This document shows, one piece after another, positions 13,628 through 26,000 of a stretch of 64,000 nucleotides of DNA. The translations under genes and the position numbers were made by a program. The stretch covers positions 99,014,001 through 99,078,000 of the forward strand of contig OZ024742.1 in NCBI GenBank assembly GCA_964016885.1, written 5' to 3'. This stretch comes from Eledone cirrhosa (Eukaryota). Within the stretch, counting starts at the first letter, position 1, and every line of letters starts with the position of its first letter. The notes below the pieces were generated by a model. The model saw only the letters and a list, made by a program, of their open reading frames with translations. It was not told the DNA's origin and ran no database searches.

Positions 13628-14328
13628 ATTAGAAATTGAGGTTTTTTTACAAAATGAAAAATAACCGGTGTCCTACACGAGTGAAAGTATAAAGAAAAAA
13701 AGATGAAATCGAAAATGCAACTGGAGTCTTATTTAAAAAAAATATATATATATTTATTTGGTTCCTTTACCGGTTTCGCAGTTATTATGCTTTTCAAAAG
13801 TAGAGTTGAGATGGAGGGTCTGTGGTTTTTCTCACATCTGTTTGGTCTCTGAATGTTACTTGTTTTATATGGAAAAAGTGGCTCGAAATTTCAGGTTTTT
13901 CGAGAAGTAATTTGATTGGTTGGTCAATAATTATAATAAATTTCGCGCCAGTTCGCGTTACAAAGTTCTTCAAACAAGGAGGGGGGTCACAGGTTGTTTT
14001 TTCATATATGAGTGTTTGAATTTCTTTGTACTTGAAAAAAGGGGCTCCAGAAGGCTTTTTTTAATATGCGTAATTTGATTGGTTATAAATGAAATTATGG
14101 CTGTCACGTGAACAAGTTTTCATTAAATTTTCGCCCCCTTATTTGGAAATCCGTTCAGTAGCCTTTTTAGAGAATTTTATGATAAGTAAAAGATAATGGT
14201 CAAGAGAAATGGGATGGGAGAATTGTTCTGGTTCAGTGAATATGGTTAGTTCGCTGGGGTGTCAGAATTCAGATTTTCTATTGAATAAAGAAAGTAAAGA
14301 TATGTATGTTTATTTGTGTGCTTGTCTG

Positions 14329-14361
<33 letters not shown>

Positions 14362-14362
14362 T

Positions 14363-14422
<60 letters not shown>

Positions 14423-14711
14423 GTGTGTGTGTTTGAATTTCTTTTTACTTTAAAAAAAGGGGGCTCACGAAATTTATTATAATTATTGACCAACCAATCA
14501 AATTACTTCTCGAAAAACCTGGCATTTCGAGCCACTTTTTTCATATAAAACAAGTAACATTCAGAGACCAACCAGATGTGAGAAAAACCACAGACCCTCC
14601 ATCTCAACTCTACTTTTGAAAAGCATAAGAACTGCGAAACTGGTAAAGGAACCAAATAAATATATATATATTTTTTTTAAATAAGACTCCAGTTGCATTT
14701 TCGATTTCATC

Positions 14712-14716
<5 letters not shown>
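13628..14716. mobile_element. Family H fold-back element with variant HHR core; second insertion at 61289-61577
   Basis: ~13692-13990 is inverted relative to ~14445-14715; core ctt TTGAAAA gca...tgc GAAA ccgg TA aag (13765-13800, -); internal (GT)n. Confidence 0.7.
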
Positions 14717-14769
<53 letters not shown>

Positions 14770-15207
14770 TATATATGTGTGCGTGTATGTGTGTGTAAAA
14801 GGTAAACAGAAATAACAACACAATCGGTAAAGTATATGGAACGGATATATTAGGTTAACGCTTGATATAGCAGGAAGGGGGTCTTAACGTTTCGGAGGCT
14901 AGTCCTTCATCAGAAGGAAGAATGAGAAAAAAGACATATTTAGGAGACGGGCGGGTTTGAATTTAAAAAAATGTCTTTAGATAAAAATAACAGGTCAATT
15001 CATGTTGACATATCTTACAAAACTGTTGGTGCTGGAGTTTTGTGTATGTTTTATTCTTTAGAAAATTGGATGATGGAGCGCGTCTACCTGAAATGGAAAA
15101 GAAAAATGTTCTCATCTTTTGCCATTTCTCCGAGGGTTCTTAACCCCATAATCAGGCTAAATAAGTTTCTTTAATTTCTTTAGTCAAAATACGGCGATAG
15201 CTTACAT

Positions 15208-15239
<32 letters not shown>

Positions 15240-15400
15240 GGAGGAGGTTATAGTTCACTTGAAGCATTGTGTAATGAGGTATAAACGTTTGAATATGTAT
15301 AATAAAGCCAAACCAATGCAGGTATGGACATAGAAAAAAGAATGCAATTGCAAAAGATATTGTTGACAAATCGTCTTTTACCTTAGATTTATTTAAATGT

Positions 15401-15435
15401 CCTTAATTTTCGAGATAATATCTCTTCTTCAGAGG
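15401..15435 (-). ncRNA. Minimal hammerhead ribozyme of the Penelope pLTR; second copy at 18230-18264 (+)
   Basis: cct CTGAAGA a-gagat-att-atctc GAAA at TA agg; AATT palindrome in place of a looped stem III. Confidence 0.75.
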
Positions 15436-15817
15436 GAAATAAAGGTCTCAAACCAGCCTTCTAAATATCTTGCCAAGCCATGCTGACAGGAAATAGTATA
15501 GAGTATCTGTTCTATCTCTAATGGCAAAGCCTTAAAATTAGATGGATAAAGATAGTCTCCCTTTAAAAGTAGTTTGTTTAGGGTTTGTCTATTTTTTTTT
15601 ATATACATGCCTGTTTAAGTGTGTGGGAGAATGCATGAAGGTGTAAGTATGTGAGTGTGTGTGTGTGAGTGTGAGAAGATAAGACTATTCGTAAATGTGG
15701 GGGATAGGTGTTATCTGGTGTTAGAACTAGTTTTGTGTGTGTATGTGTGAGAGAGAATAAGTGGAGGTGTAAGCCTGTGTGTGTGTGGGGTGTGTAATTA
15801 TGGGATTAGAAGCCCTA

Positions 15818-17178
15818 TCAGGTTATAAATTGGGTGTTGAGTTCTAGTCTATTATTGATTGGTGGTCGTGTTTTATCTATAATTAGTGCTTCCTTAATTC
15901 TAAGATTGCCGAGGTTTCTTTCCTTAGTTTCTATCCTAACTGTTATGGTTTTGTCGGTGTTTTTGCATTTAACCAGGTGTTTCTTAAATGAGGAAGCGTT
16001 AGTATTGAGGTGTTCTTTTATTCTTATGTGGAGTGGACTGGTGGTGCTACCTACGTAGAAGTTGTTGCATTTGTCACACTCTAGTCTGTATACGACGTAA
16101 GCCTGGTGGCATAGTTCTGTGTCGTTGATGGGGCAGCTGGCTAGTCTGCAGCAGTTGTCATGTCTGGTGGAGTGTCTTTTGGTTAGCTGTCCGCGTAGAG
16201 AAGGACCTGAGTGGGCCAGTTGGATATCTAGTCCCTCTCGTCTGATGGCTCTGCGGATGGCTGTTGTTGTTTCTTCACTGAAGTGTGGGAGCTTCAGGAA
16301 GCAAGTGTTAGTGCCTCGGGTGTGGTGTCCTCTGTTCTTTCTGGCACGGTTTGTGGTGGATGTCGTGTATCCGTTCAGTTTGAGTACTTCCAGGAAATGT
16401 GTGGTGTGTGTGTCTCGGTCTCTAGCGTCGGTGCATTTGTTCCGGATACGTGCCAGTTCGTTCCTTATGTATCCGAACTTGGCACCGAGGGGGAGGGCCG
16501 ATCTGAAATGGACGAACAGGTCCCTGCTGGCGGCTTTTTTATAGAAGCAAGTGTGGATGTTGCCTTCCTCTGTTACCCTGAGTTGGAAGTCCAGTATGGA
16601 TAGGGATCCGCGGTCATCGGGGTGTTCCATGCTGAACTTTATACTGGCGTCCATGCTGGAGAATGTTGTGTATATTTTATCTGCCTCCTCACGGGATGAT
16701 GTGAGGATGAGTATGTCATCTACATATCGGGTGAAGAAGGCATGGGAATGGCAGGTTTTGAGGGCTCGGGATTCTAGCTGGTTCCTGTAGGTAATGGCCA
16801 GCAGGCCCGATAAGCTGGATCCCATGGGTAATCCTGTTGTCTGTCTGTATGTGTGGTGGTGGAAGGTGAAGTACGTGTTGTCTACTGTGAAGGACAAAAG
16901 CTGGTGTATGTCCGTCGGGTGGAGGCCGTAGCAGTGGGTGTCCTCTGCGACCACGCAGTCCGTCAATAAATCGACAGTTGGATGAGTGGGGACTGTAGTG
17001 TAGAGGGAAACAACGTCTAGGCTAAAAGCGTATATATTTAGTTTAAGTTGTTCTGGCTGGAGTTGGTGTAGTCTACGTATAACTTCGTCGGAGCTACTGA
17101 CATGCCCGGGAAAGGTGGAGAGTAGAGGCTTGAGGACCTGGGAGAGGAGCCAGGAAATTTTGTTTAGGGGTCCTTCTA
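15818..17178 (-). CDS. Penelope-like RT + GIY-YIG endonuclease, N-terminally truncated, uninterrupted frame
   Basis: SLDVVSLYT, GLPMGSSLS, RYVDD; Cys-rich linker CCRLASCP..LC; VVYRLECDKCNNFYVGST..LHIRIKEH; KEALII..PPIN. The first ~67 aa of the called 520 aa ORF are antisense of the inverted arm. Confidence 0.93.
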
Positions 17179-18378
17179 TGCCAAGTTCGGATACATAAGG
17201 AACGAACTGGCACGTATCCGGAACAAATGCACCGACGCTAGAGACCGAGACACACACACCACACATTTCCTGGAAGTACTCAAACTGAACGGATACACGA
17301 CATCCACCACAAACCGTGCCAGAAAGAACAGAGAACACCACACCCGAGGCACTAACACTTGCTTCCTGAAGCTCCCACACTTCAGTGAAGAAACAACAAC
17401 AGCCATCCGCAGAGCCATCAGACGAGAGGGACTAGATATCCAACTGGCCCACTCAGGTCCTTCTCTACGCGGACAGCTAACCAAAAGACATTCCACCAGA
17501 CATGACAATTCCTGCAGACTAGCCAAATGCCCTATCAACGACACAGAACTATGCCACCAGGCTTACGTCGTATACAGACTAGAGTGTGACAAATGCAACA
17601 ACTTCTACGTAGGTAGCACCACCAGACCACTCCACATAAGAATAAAAGAAAACCTCAATACTAACGCTTCCTCATTTAAGAAACACCTAGTTAAATGCAA
17701 AAACACCGAGAAAACCATAAAAGTTAGGATAGAAACTAAGGAAAGAAACCTCGGCAATCTTAGAATTAAGGAAGCACTAATTATAGATAAAACACGACCA
17801 CCAATCAATAATAGACTAGAACTCAACACCCAATTTATAACCTGATAGGGCTTCTAGCCCCATAATTACACACCCCACACACACACACGCTTACACCTCC
17901 ACTTATTCTCTCTCACACATACACACACAAAACCAGTTCTAACACCAGATAACACCTATCCCCCACATTTACGAATAGACTTATCTTCTCACACTCACAC
18001 ACACACACTCACATACTTACACCTTCATACATCCGCCCACACACTTAAACAGGCATGTATATAAAAAATAAAAAATAAAAACCCTAAACAAACCCCTTTT
18101 AAAGGGAGACTACTCTTTATCCATCTAATTTTAACTCTTTGACATTAGAGATAGAACAGATACTCTATACTATTTCCTGTCAGCATGGCTTGGCAAGATA
18201 TTTAGAAGGTGGTTTGAGACCTTTACTTCACTCTGAAGAAGAGATATTATCTCGAAAATTAAGGACATTTAAATAAATCTAAGGTAAAAGACGATTTGTC
18301 AACAATATCTTTTGCAATTGCATTCTTTTTTCTATGTCCATACCTGCATTGTTTTGGCTTTATTATACATATTCAAAC

Positions 18379-18417
<39 letters not shown>

Positions 18418-18457
18418 AAATATATGTGTGTGTGTGTCGGTGTATATATATATATAT

Positions 18458-18630
18458 GTCTCAGACCCATACAGCAGCACAGACTCCACTACGGCAAAAA
18501 GGTTAACGTATGTTGATGCTCTAAGGACAGACACTGGTATGTTGGAGACGCAGGACATGGCAGCGATAATGAGGGACAGAGACCGCTGGAGAGAACTCGT
18601 CCATGGATCTCGGGAATTTTACCCGCCTTA
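18458..18630. mobile_element. Short 5'-inverted copy of the RTE LINE at 29362-32660
   Basis: 18458-18498 matches the reverse complement of ~32234-32272; 18499-18630 matches ~32529-32660; (TAGA)n tail. Confidence 0.85.
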
Positions 18631-18731
18631 GATAGATAGATATATATATATTTGTGTATAGGGGCAGCTATGGTGCTTCCGTAGGCGGTATGCCAAAATT
18701 AGCAGTCGATACTCATCAGAGTAGAGTGTAG

Positions 18732-18945
18732 ATATTATAAAGAAAACGAAAAATCAGTGATGCATCTGGACTTAGTTTATTTCGTGTTACAAATGTTTCG
18801 CCGGCATGTAGCTCGAATCATGGTCCTTGCATGGATCTGGCTGATTCTACAAGGACCATGACTCGAGCTACATGCCGGCGAAACATTTGTAACACGAAAT
18901 AAACTAAGACCAGATGCATCACTGATTTTTCGTTTTCTTTATAAT
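18732..18945. repeat. ~100 bp-arm fold-back containing an HHR 3' half
   Basis: Near-perfect inverted arms around ~18830-18850; gccggc GAAA ca-tt-tg TA acacg aaataaa. Confidence 0.8.
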
Positions 18946-18980
18946 ATATATATATATATATATATATACATAACATACAT

Positions 18981-19067
<87 letters not shown>

Positions 19068-19875
19068 TAAAGAGCAGTGGCATTCCACAGAGGCAAAGTA
19101 AATCCAAAAAATTGTGGTTGTGTAGCGAACACTTTAATGACACAACCATGCTTTACCGTACCATACATACGTTCGGTGTCAACTAATTTTCCTGATATTT
19201 GTAGTTTGAAAATTAAGAACGTAACAAAGTGTTAGACTTCTATTATATTTACTAGCAAAAAACACCCTCCGGGTAGTTTTCTGGTAGCATCTGTAGTGTG
19301 TATATTGATATTATACGCAAGTATATATACCTGTAGATATGATACAACAAATAAAATCGTAATTGACAAAATACACAGATATTGAAGAGAGTCTGTGTTA
19401 CACCCTCTTATGTAATCAGTAACGTAATCCATGGTACATTAAAAAAAGACGATATTATATATAAACTGCATTAGGAGAAAATTAGTGACAGAAAATTAAT
19501 GATTATTTAAGCGATCGCCACTGGAGAATTTTAAATAAGTGAATCTTTAAAATATATTTAATGAATAGCCACGAAATTTAGTAGATAAATTATGTAATAT
19601 TCATTTATGATTTATTCAAAATAATTCAACTTATTTTACGAATGGGATGAAAAAAAGTATAAACCGTACGCAGTCCCACGCTTCTTACTTTTTAGTTCTT
19701 ATAGATTAGATTAGAACTTCAATGCATTGGAAATTTGAAATTAAAACTTCCGTGGGTACTTCCGACCTTAAACGCGTGTGTCCATTCCTTCACATTTTCT
19801 ACAGTGTTTGCATATGCTACAATTAAGGCAGTATGACATACCTTCAGATAACACTCCTCACCACACACATGTATT

Positions 19876-19978
<103 letters not shown>

Positions 19979-20534
19979 TATCCCTAAAAATAAATCTCTC
20001 TCATATAAAATGTATGGGGGATGGGTGTGAATTTTTGTTTGTGTGTGGCTGGGTTTGTGTCTGTGTTTACGCCCATTACAAGGATAAGAATTACAAGGAG
20101 ACAATGTGAAAAACAACTCTACTACAAAATCAACTACTTTTGAAATAAAAAAAATCTCTGAGACTAATGGATAGAATATGTAGAACATCGAATTTCCCAT
20201 TTTCTAGATGGCTTTTGGGATTGAGACCTCTAGGGATTCTAGATTTCAATCTCTTGACAGCGAATGTCACTTAACATTGCTTGTAGTAGATTCAGTATTT
20301 CGTTAACTCCTAGTCGTCGTCGTCGTTGTAACGTCAAGAATATTGGGGTGGTACTATTAGTGGTAATATTATTTTTGTTTCTCGTTTGATTTCAATTTTA
20401 TTTCATCTTCTCAACTACAGACCTGAGTCACGCATACATTCTTCTTCTTCTTCTTCTTCTTCTTCTTCTTCTTCTTCTTCTTCTTCTTCTTCTTCTTCTT
20501 CTTCTTCTTCTTCTTCTTCTTCTTCTTCTTCTTC

Positions 20535-21100
20535 GGCAGTGTAAATGCTCGTGACCTGGCATCTTCTGGGAAACAAAGTCACCTGCTCAACGACCTCAGG
20601 TCACTAAACATAGATGTGGTGGCCATCAGCGAGACCAGAATTTCCAACGATTGTAAGTTTGCACTCATCTTCGGCGGTTAAGAAATGTACGCATCTCCAA
20701 GCCAGCACAGATCTGGGGGCGGTATCACTGTGCTATTTCGGAAAGGCCTGGATCTTGGATATGTGGACCATATTCCTCGGTGCAGAAGGTGAGTTGGTGG
20801 TGCTGGAGTGACCAGCAGTGAAGGCTATGATTTCATACTAATCGCTGCCTATGCCCCGACAGGAGCAGGAAGGCCAGATTTCTTCAGACACCCTCAGACC
20901 TTTATAGGAACGTACTGCTCTTTAATGTTATTGAGGGACTGGAACGATATCTTGGATGCACGCTGGGACTCTGTGGGAAGAACAGATAGGGGTGGAGGGT
21001 GTAAAAGCCTCGCAACCTACTCTGACGCTTCCAACTGTGTGACAATTACCAACTGGATTTCCCGAATCTACCAATGTGGACATGGAACTGCAACGGTCTT
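20535..21100 (+). pseudogene. L1/Tx1-clade LINE APE endonuclease remnant
   Basis: GSVNARDL...DVVAISETR; AAYAPT; LLRDWNDILD (decayed GDxN); frameshifted. Confidence 0.75.
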
Positions 21101-21299
21101 CCAGATCGTATTGGTGGTGGTGGTGGAAGTGGTGATGGTAGAGCTGGTGACGTTGGTGTAGGTGTCGGTAATATTTGCCTCAAGCCTTTAGCTTTTTGTT
21201 CTTCTTTATTTAGAGGGTGAAGTCAGAGAGTTTTTTTCTCTTTTTATTATTGTGAAAAAGGTTTTTCTCCACCTCAACTTTGCTACAATTTGTATCCAA

Positions 21300-22500
21300 T
21301 TATGTGATGTCAGGTAGAAGCATCTTTTCCACGCGCATGGATGTTGATGCTGCAGTGGGGTGGTGCAGCCTCAGTCTCTGATATGCTGTTGCTGCTGCTG
21401 TTCTTCCTGCCTCCTTTCCTGCTGTCATTGTAGATGTTTTTGCTGTTGTTGCTGCGGTTTGGGTGATGGTAATGGTTCGGATTTGCTATCTTTTATTCCT
21501 TGTTTAAAGCAGAAAGCCCTTAAATGAGTGTTTGCACCGCAGATATGACATCGAGGCCACCTCCCTTCCACTGCTAGGAATAGTTCTGTGCCATTTGGCA
21601 GCTTGATGATATCAAGAACCTTTCTTAGCTTTTCCTAATTCATTTGGAGCAGAAGCTTTATCCCAAAACCACTGAAGCTCTCCAGACATGAGGTTTGAAA
21701 TTAGGTGACATTTCGAATATCCTCTTTGTCCTTCATGATGGCTGCTACTAAACAGGGTTTTTTTTTATTTCGGGCGGAACATTTTTTACTATAATGTTTG
21801 TTACATATTTACCTATGTATGTTGGGATCAGCAAGAAATTCTCACTCTTTAAGGGGTTGATAGAGTGAGACTTAGCTTACATTTCCGATGCAAATCTCAC
21901 TTCTATCGTCCCATACTCACTTCCTCTCGAAACAAATGTTTTTTGCCCATAACTTCTTTAAGATATGTTGAGCTTCTGCAGAGATATACACATTTATAAA
22001 TAATTGTTTATTTCTGTGCATTAGAAATTACGTGTTCCGGCATTGTTATTTGTACATTGCTGCTATTTCTTTATATATGAAGCTTCGCTTCTCTGAAGGT
22101 ATCTAAATGCACTGTTTTTTTTTTCGTGTCTGGCTTTGCTGTGATACTGTATTTACATTTTCCTTTGTAATTGGAAGCAGTGTTATTGGTCTCCTCGTTG
22201 CTGCTGTTGTTGTTGTCTTCGTTACTTGTGTCACCGTTGTTGTGCAGGACAAAGTAGGAACACGTTCAAAGTCTAAAGCTATGTTTTGGTTGTTGTTGTC
22301 CTTGTTGCTGTCGTCATTGTTATTGCTGTTGCTTTAGTCATGGTTGGGAATACAGTTGTCAGTAGCTTCATTAGCAGCTAAAACTGATGTGTCATCCCCT
22401 TATTCTTTTCAGTAGCTTTTTAAAATGCTAACGCATAATGTTTGCCACAGAAAAAACTGGACATTTTTAAAAGTTTGGCAAAAATGCTAACAAATTTCCA
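21300..22500 (-). pseudogene. LINE ORF1 (gag-like) remnant with CCHC zinc knuckle
   Basis: Minus strand ~21503-21577 translates as LAVEGRWPRCHICGANTHLRAFCFK (Cx2Cx4Hx4C); outer limits uncertain. Confidence 0.6.
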
Positions 22501-23032
22501 CTTTCGAAAAGGCATTTCAGCCCGTTCCAATAGGGTTACTAAAAAGATTTTTTTTTTCGGCGGATAGAACACAGCGTTATATTAACGATCCTATCAATAT
22601 TTTGACTCGATTTTTACGAAATAGAAACAAAATTTAAAACACATATCAGCAGCAAATACAGCTTGGTATTATCCCCCGTGATAGCAACAACAGCAACAGC
22701 AACAAGATCTGATATTAAGCAAATACATCTATGGTAATGATAATTTTTAAAGCTATCAAGAATTTTCTTCTTCAATTGTATCTTTTTAAAAGGCAAGTCT
22801 CGAGCAATATTCGGTTCATATATCTACCAAGGTGGGATAGTGCATAGTGTCTCACGCGTTGCCTATATCAAGAAGGAAATGAAACGTACGATGAAAATTA
22901 AAGTGGTAAGGACTATACGTTATTTGCCTTTGTAGTAACACAATAGGTTATTTAATTAGGCTTATAAAACAAGAATAAAAATGAGTAAAGATAGACATGA
23001 ATATATGGTGCAGCTCCAACTTCGGTTATACT

Positions 23033-23076
<44 letters not shown>

Positions 23077-23081
<5 letters not shown>

Positions 23082-26000
23082 GGTTTGAGGTTCACCACTG
23101 TATAGAGCTGGTCTATTCCGTATGGTCAATCGTAATGCAATAATATAGAGAGTACTCAACGTAAAGCAGTTCAACCGTCTTTGTTTTTGTAGTTGGTGGT
23201 GCTATTACGGAGTTAAATATTATAATGAAATGACAGGAGGCTGGATTTGTGTAAATCCTTGAAAGGTTTATTATACTATGATCATTTCAATGACCGGGTT
23301 CCGTATGAATCCGGTGATATCATCAGGTATTCGAAATATAATACGTGAATGTAATAGGTAAAATCCATGGGGCTGAAAATCGAGACCCGAGGGCGACTGC
23401 TATTCTGTTCCTTCAACCTCAGCCGGTCGCCCTGGAGTGACGTGGCTAAATTTTATAGTATGCTACTACCGGTCAGATGAACGAAAACAGAAAGAGATGG
23501 GAGCATAGGTTAACGTCGATCCCATGACACAAGGTAAAAGAAAGAAAGAAAGGAAGGAGAAGAAGGGGGAAGAAAGAAGAAGAGAAGTCAGGGTTAATGT
23601 CAGCTAAAAGAGGAAGGTAACTACTACTGGTCAGATATAGGCAAGCAAGAGGGGGAAGGAAGATAAGTCTGCAGGGAGGAGGAGAGGAGAGAAGGAAGGG
23701 AAGAGAGAAGTAGAAAAGTAAGGGTTGATGGCTACAAGAAGGAAGATAGAAAGGAAGAGGAAGAAAGGTCGATATTAATGTCAGACCACAGTCAAGCCAG
23801 GAGTGGCGCGAGAAAATTTTCACAGGGACCCGCATCTTAGCGGAGATGGATATATTGGGAGTCAGTGTTTTACAGTGTTTAGACTTCTAGGATGAAGTTA
23901 AAAACATTCAATAATCAATATTCAATATTAAAGAGGTTAGAAAATTTAAAGTTCAACAGTTTAACAATTAATTATATAATAGTTCCGATTTGTTCTGTAA
24001 TTTAAAGGTACTATTTGGCGGTTAAAACAACGGCCGCGCCCCGGGCCCCATGGCGAATTAAGCCACGCCGAGTATTTTCATTTACTGAAAGAAGGGGAAA
24101 TTTATTTTTCCAAGCACTCTAGGTGAGCTCGTTCGCCACGGAGCTGGTCGCGCCGCCATTAAAACCCACCCAACAGTCCGACAGAAAGTTGGAACTTTAA
24201 AATTTAGCTTAGAGAAGTAAAAGAGTAATGGTTGATAGCTACAAGAAGGAAGATAGAAAGAGAGAGGAAGGAAGGTCGATATTAATGTCACACCACAGTC
24301 GGGCCAGGAGTGGCGCGACAAAATTTTCACAGGGACTCGCATCTTAGCAGAGGTGAATATATTGGGGGTCAGTGTGTTACAATGTTTAGACTTATAGGAT
24401 GAAGTTAAAAAATTAATAAATTAATAATCAATATTCCATATTAAAGAGGTTAGAAAACTTAAAGCTCAACAGTTTCAGGTTGATATATATAATAGTTCCG
24501 ATTTGTTCTGTAATTTAAAGGTACTATTTGGCGGTTAAAACACCGGCCGCGCCCCAGGCCCCATGGCTAATTAAGCCACGCCGAGTATTTTCATTTACTG
24601 AAAGAAGGGGAATTTATTTTTCCAAGCACTCCGGGTGAGCCCGTTCGCCAGGGAGCTGGTCGCGCCGCCGCTAAAACCCACCCAACGGTCCGACAGAAAG
24701 TTGGAACTTTAGAATTTTGCTTAACTTTATCGGATGAAGTTGAAAGAATTCAGAATAACATTATGAAACTAAGGAGTAAGAGGATTGAGAATTGAACAAA
24801 CAGAAAATTGAAGATTAGATATTCAAATAACTTCTATGAGGTTTTGGGTTGCGGGGTTTAATTAAACAGTCTTTTATGAAGAAACGTTAATTGTATTATG
24901 TAGATCTGTAATTTATCCTAGTGGGATGTAGAGTACGGGATATAGTCGTGTAATGTTTAATTTTTGTTCTCAGGAGGAGACATTCTAGTGTCGTGTGCTA
25001 ATGGGTACAGGTCCCAATGTGAGGAGTAGAAATACGTGGATACATAGAAGTGGAATACGTGGAAGAGCTAATGGGTACAGGTCCCAATGTGAGGGGTAGA
25101 AATACATGGATACATAGAAGTGGAATACGTGGAAGAGCACATTGGTACAGCAGAGGTATAAATATATAAACATATCAATATATAGGTATAAACATGTAAA
25201 TAAACCAACAAGAGTGGTGTTGGAGTAAGATGGAGAAATCAGGACATTAATACAGCAAACAAAGATGTGAAGATATAGATAAACAAACAATAGTCGTTGT
25301 CTAGTAAATGTAGAGTTCAAGAGACAGGAGAAATACAATATAGTTCGGGTTGCGGTATTTATGTTCCCAGGGGGAGATATTCCAGTGACGTGTGCTGAGG
25401 GTACACGCGAGTAAAAGTCCGAATAAGGGAAGTAGAAAGTACATGGATGTATAGAGGTAGAATACGTGGAGGAGCATTAATACAGCAAATAAAGATGTAA
25501 AGATATAAATAAACAATCAAGAGTCGTTGTCTATTAAATGGAGAGTTCAAGACACAGGAGAAATACAATATAGTTCAAGTTGCAGTCAGATAATGCATAT
25601 AGATGTGGAAACAGTGCGTGTTCGAGTCTGGGAGTTCAGTGTGAGTTATACATGCCCAGAAGTATAGGGTAGCCATTTAGTTAATTCAGTGCAGTACAAT
25701 ACATGTTATGGTCCAGTCCGTGGAGTTTCGTCGAAGTTCGGATATTCTGTGAGGGGAGTAGCAAAGGGCCAGGCGAAAGCACCGGGTAGCCAAAGTTCGA
25801 ATTGTGGTTAGATATATTCAGTCCCATGCCGCTGTTGATTATTACATTTTGAAGTGCTCAACATTTCAGGAGCGTTATTTATTCAGGTTTGAGGTTCACC
25901 ACTGTATAGAGCTGGTCTATTCCGTATGGTCAATCGTAATGCAATAATATAGAGAGTACTCAACGTAAAGCAGTTCAACCGTCTTTGTTTTTGTAGTTGG

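Larger units (their letters stand above)
15240..18385 (-). mobile_element. Penelope-like element, 5'-truncated, with 1.2 kb inverted arm, inserted in (TA)n
   Basis: 17179-18385 is the reverse complement of 15280-16484; 40 nt extra tail at 15240-15279; HHR in both arms. Confidence 0.95.

Noticed and set aside
17179-17380. N-terminus of the 520 aa ORF, and ORFs 17176-17544 and 17605-17829
   Set aside because: Antisense read-through of the inverted arm, not a real N-terminal domain.
23473-23835. 120 aa hydrophobic ORF present three times
   Set aside because: Translation of a pyrimidine-rich tract; identity is explained by recent duplication; no domain motif.
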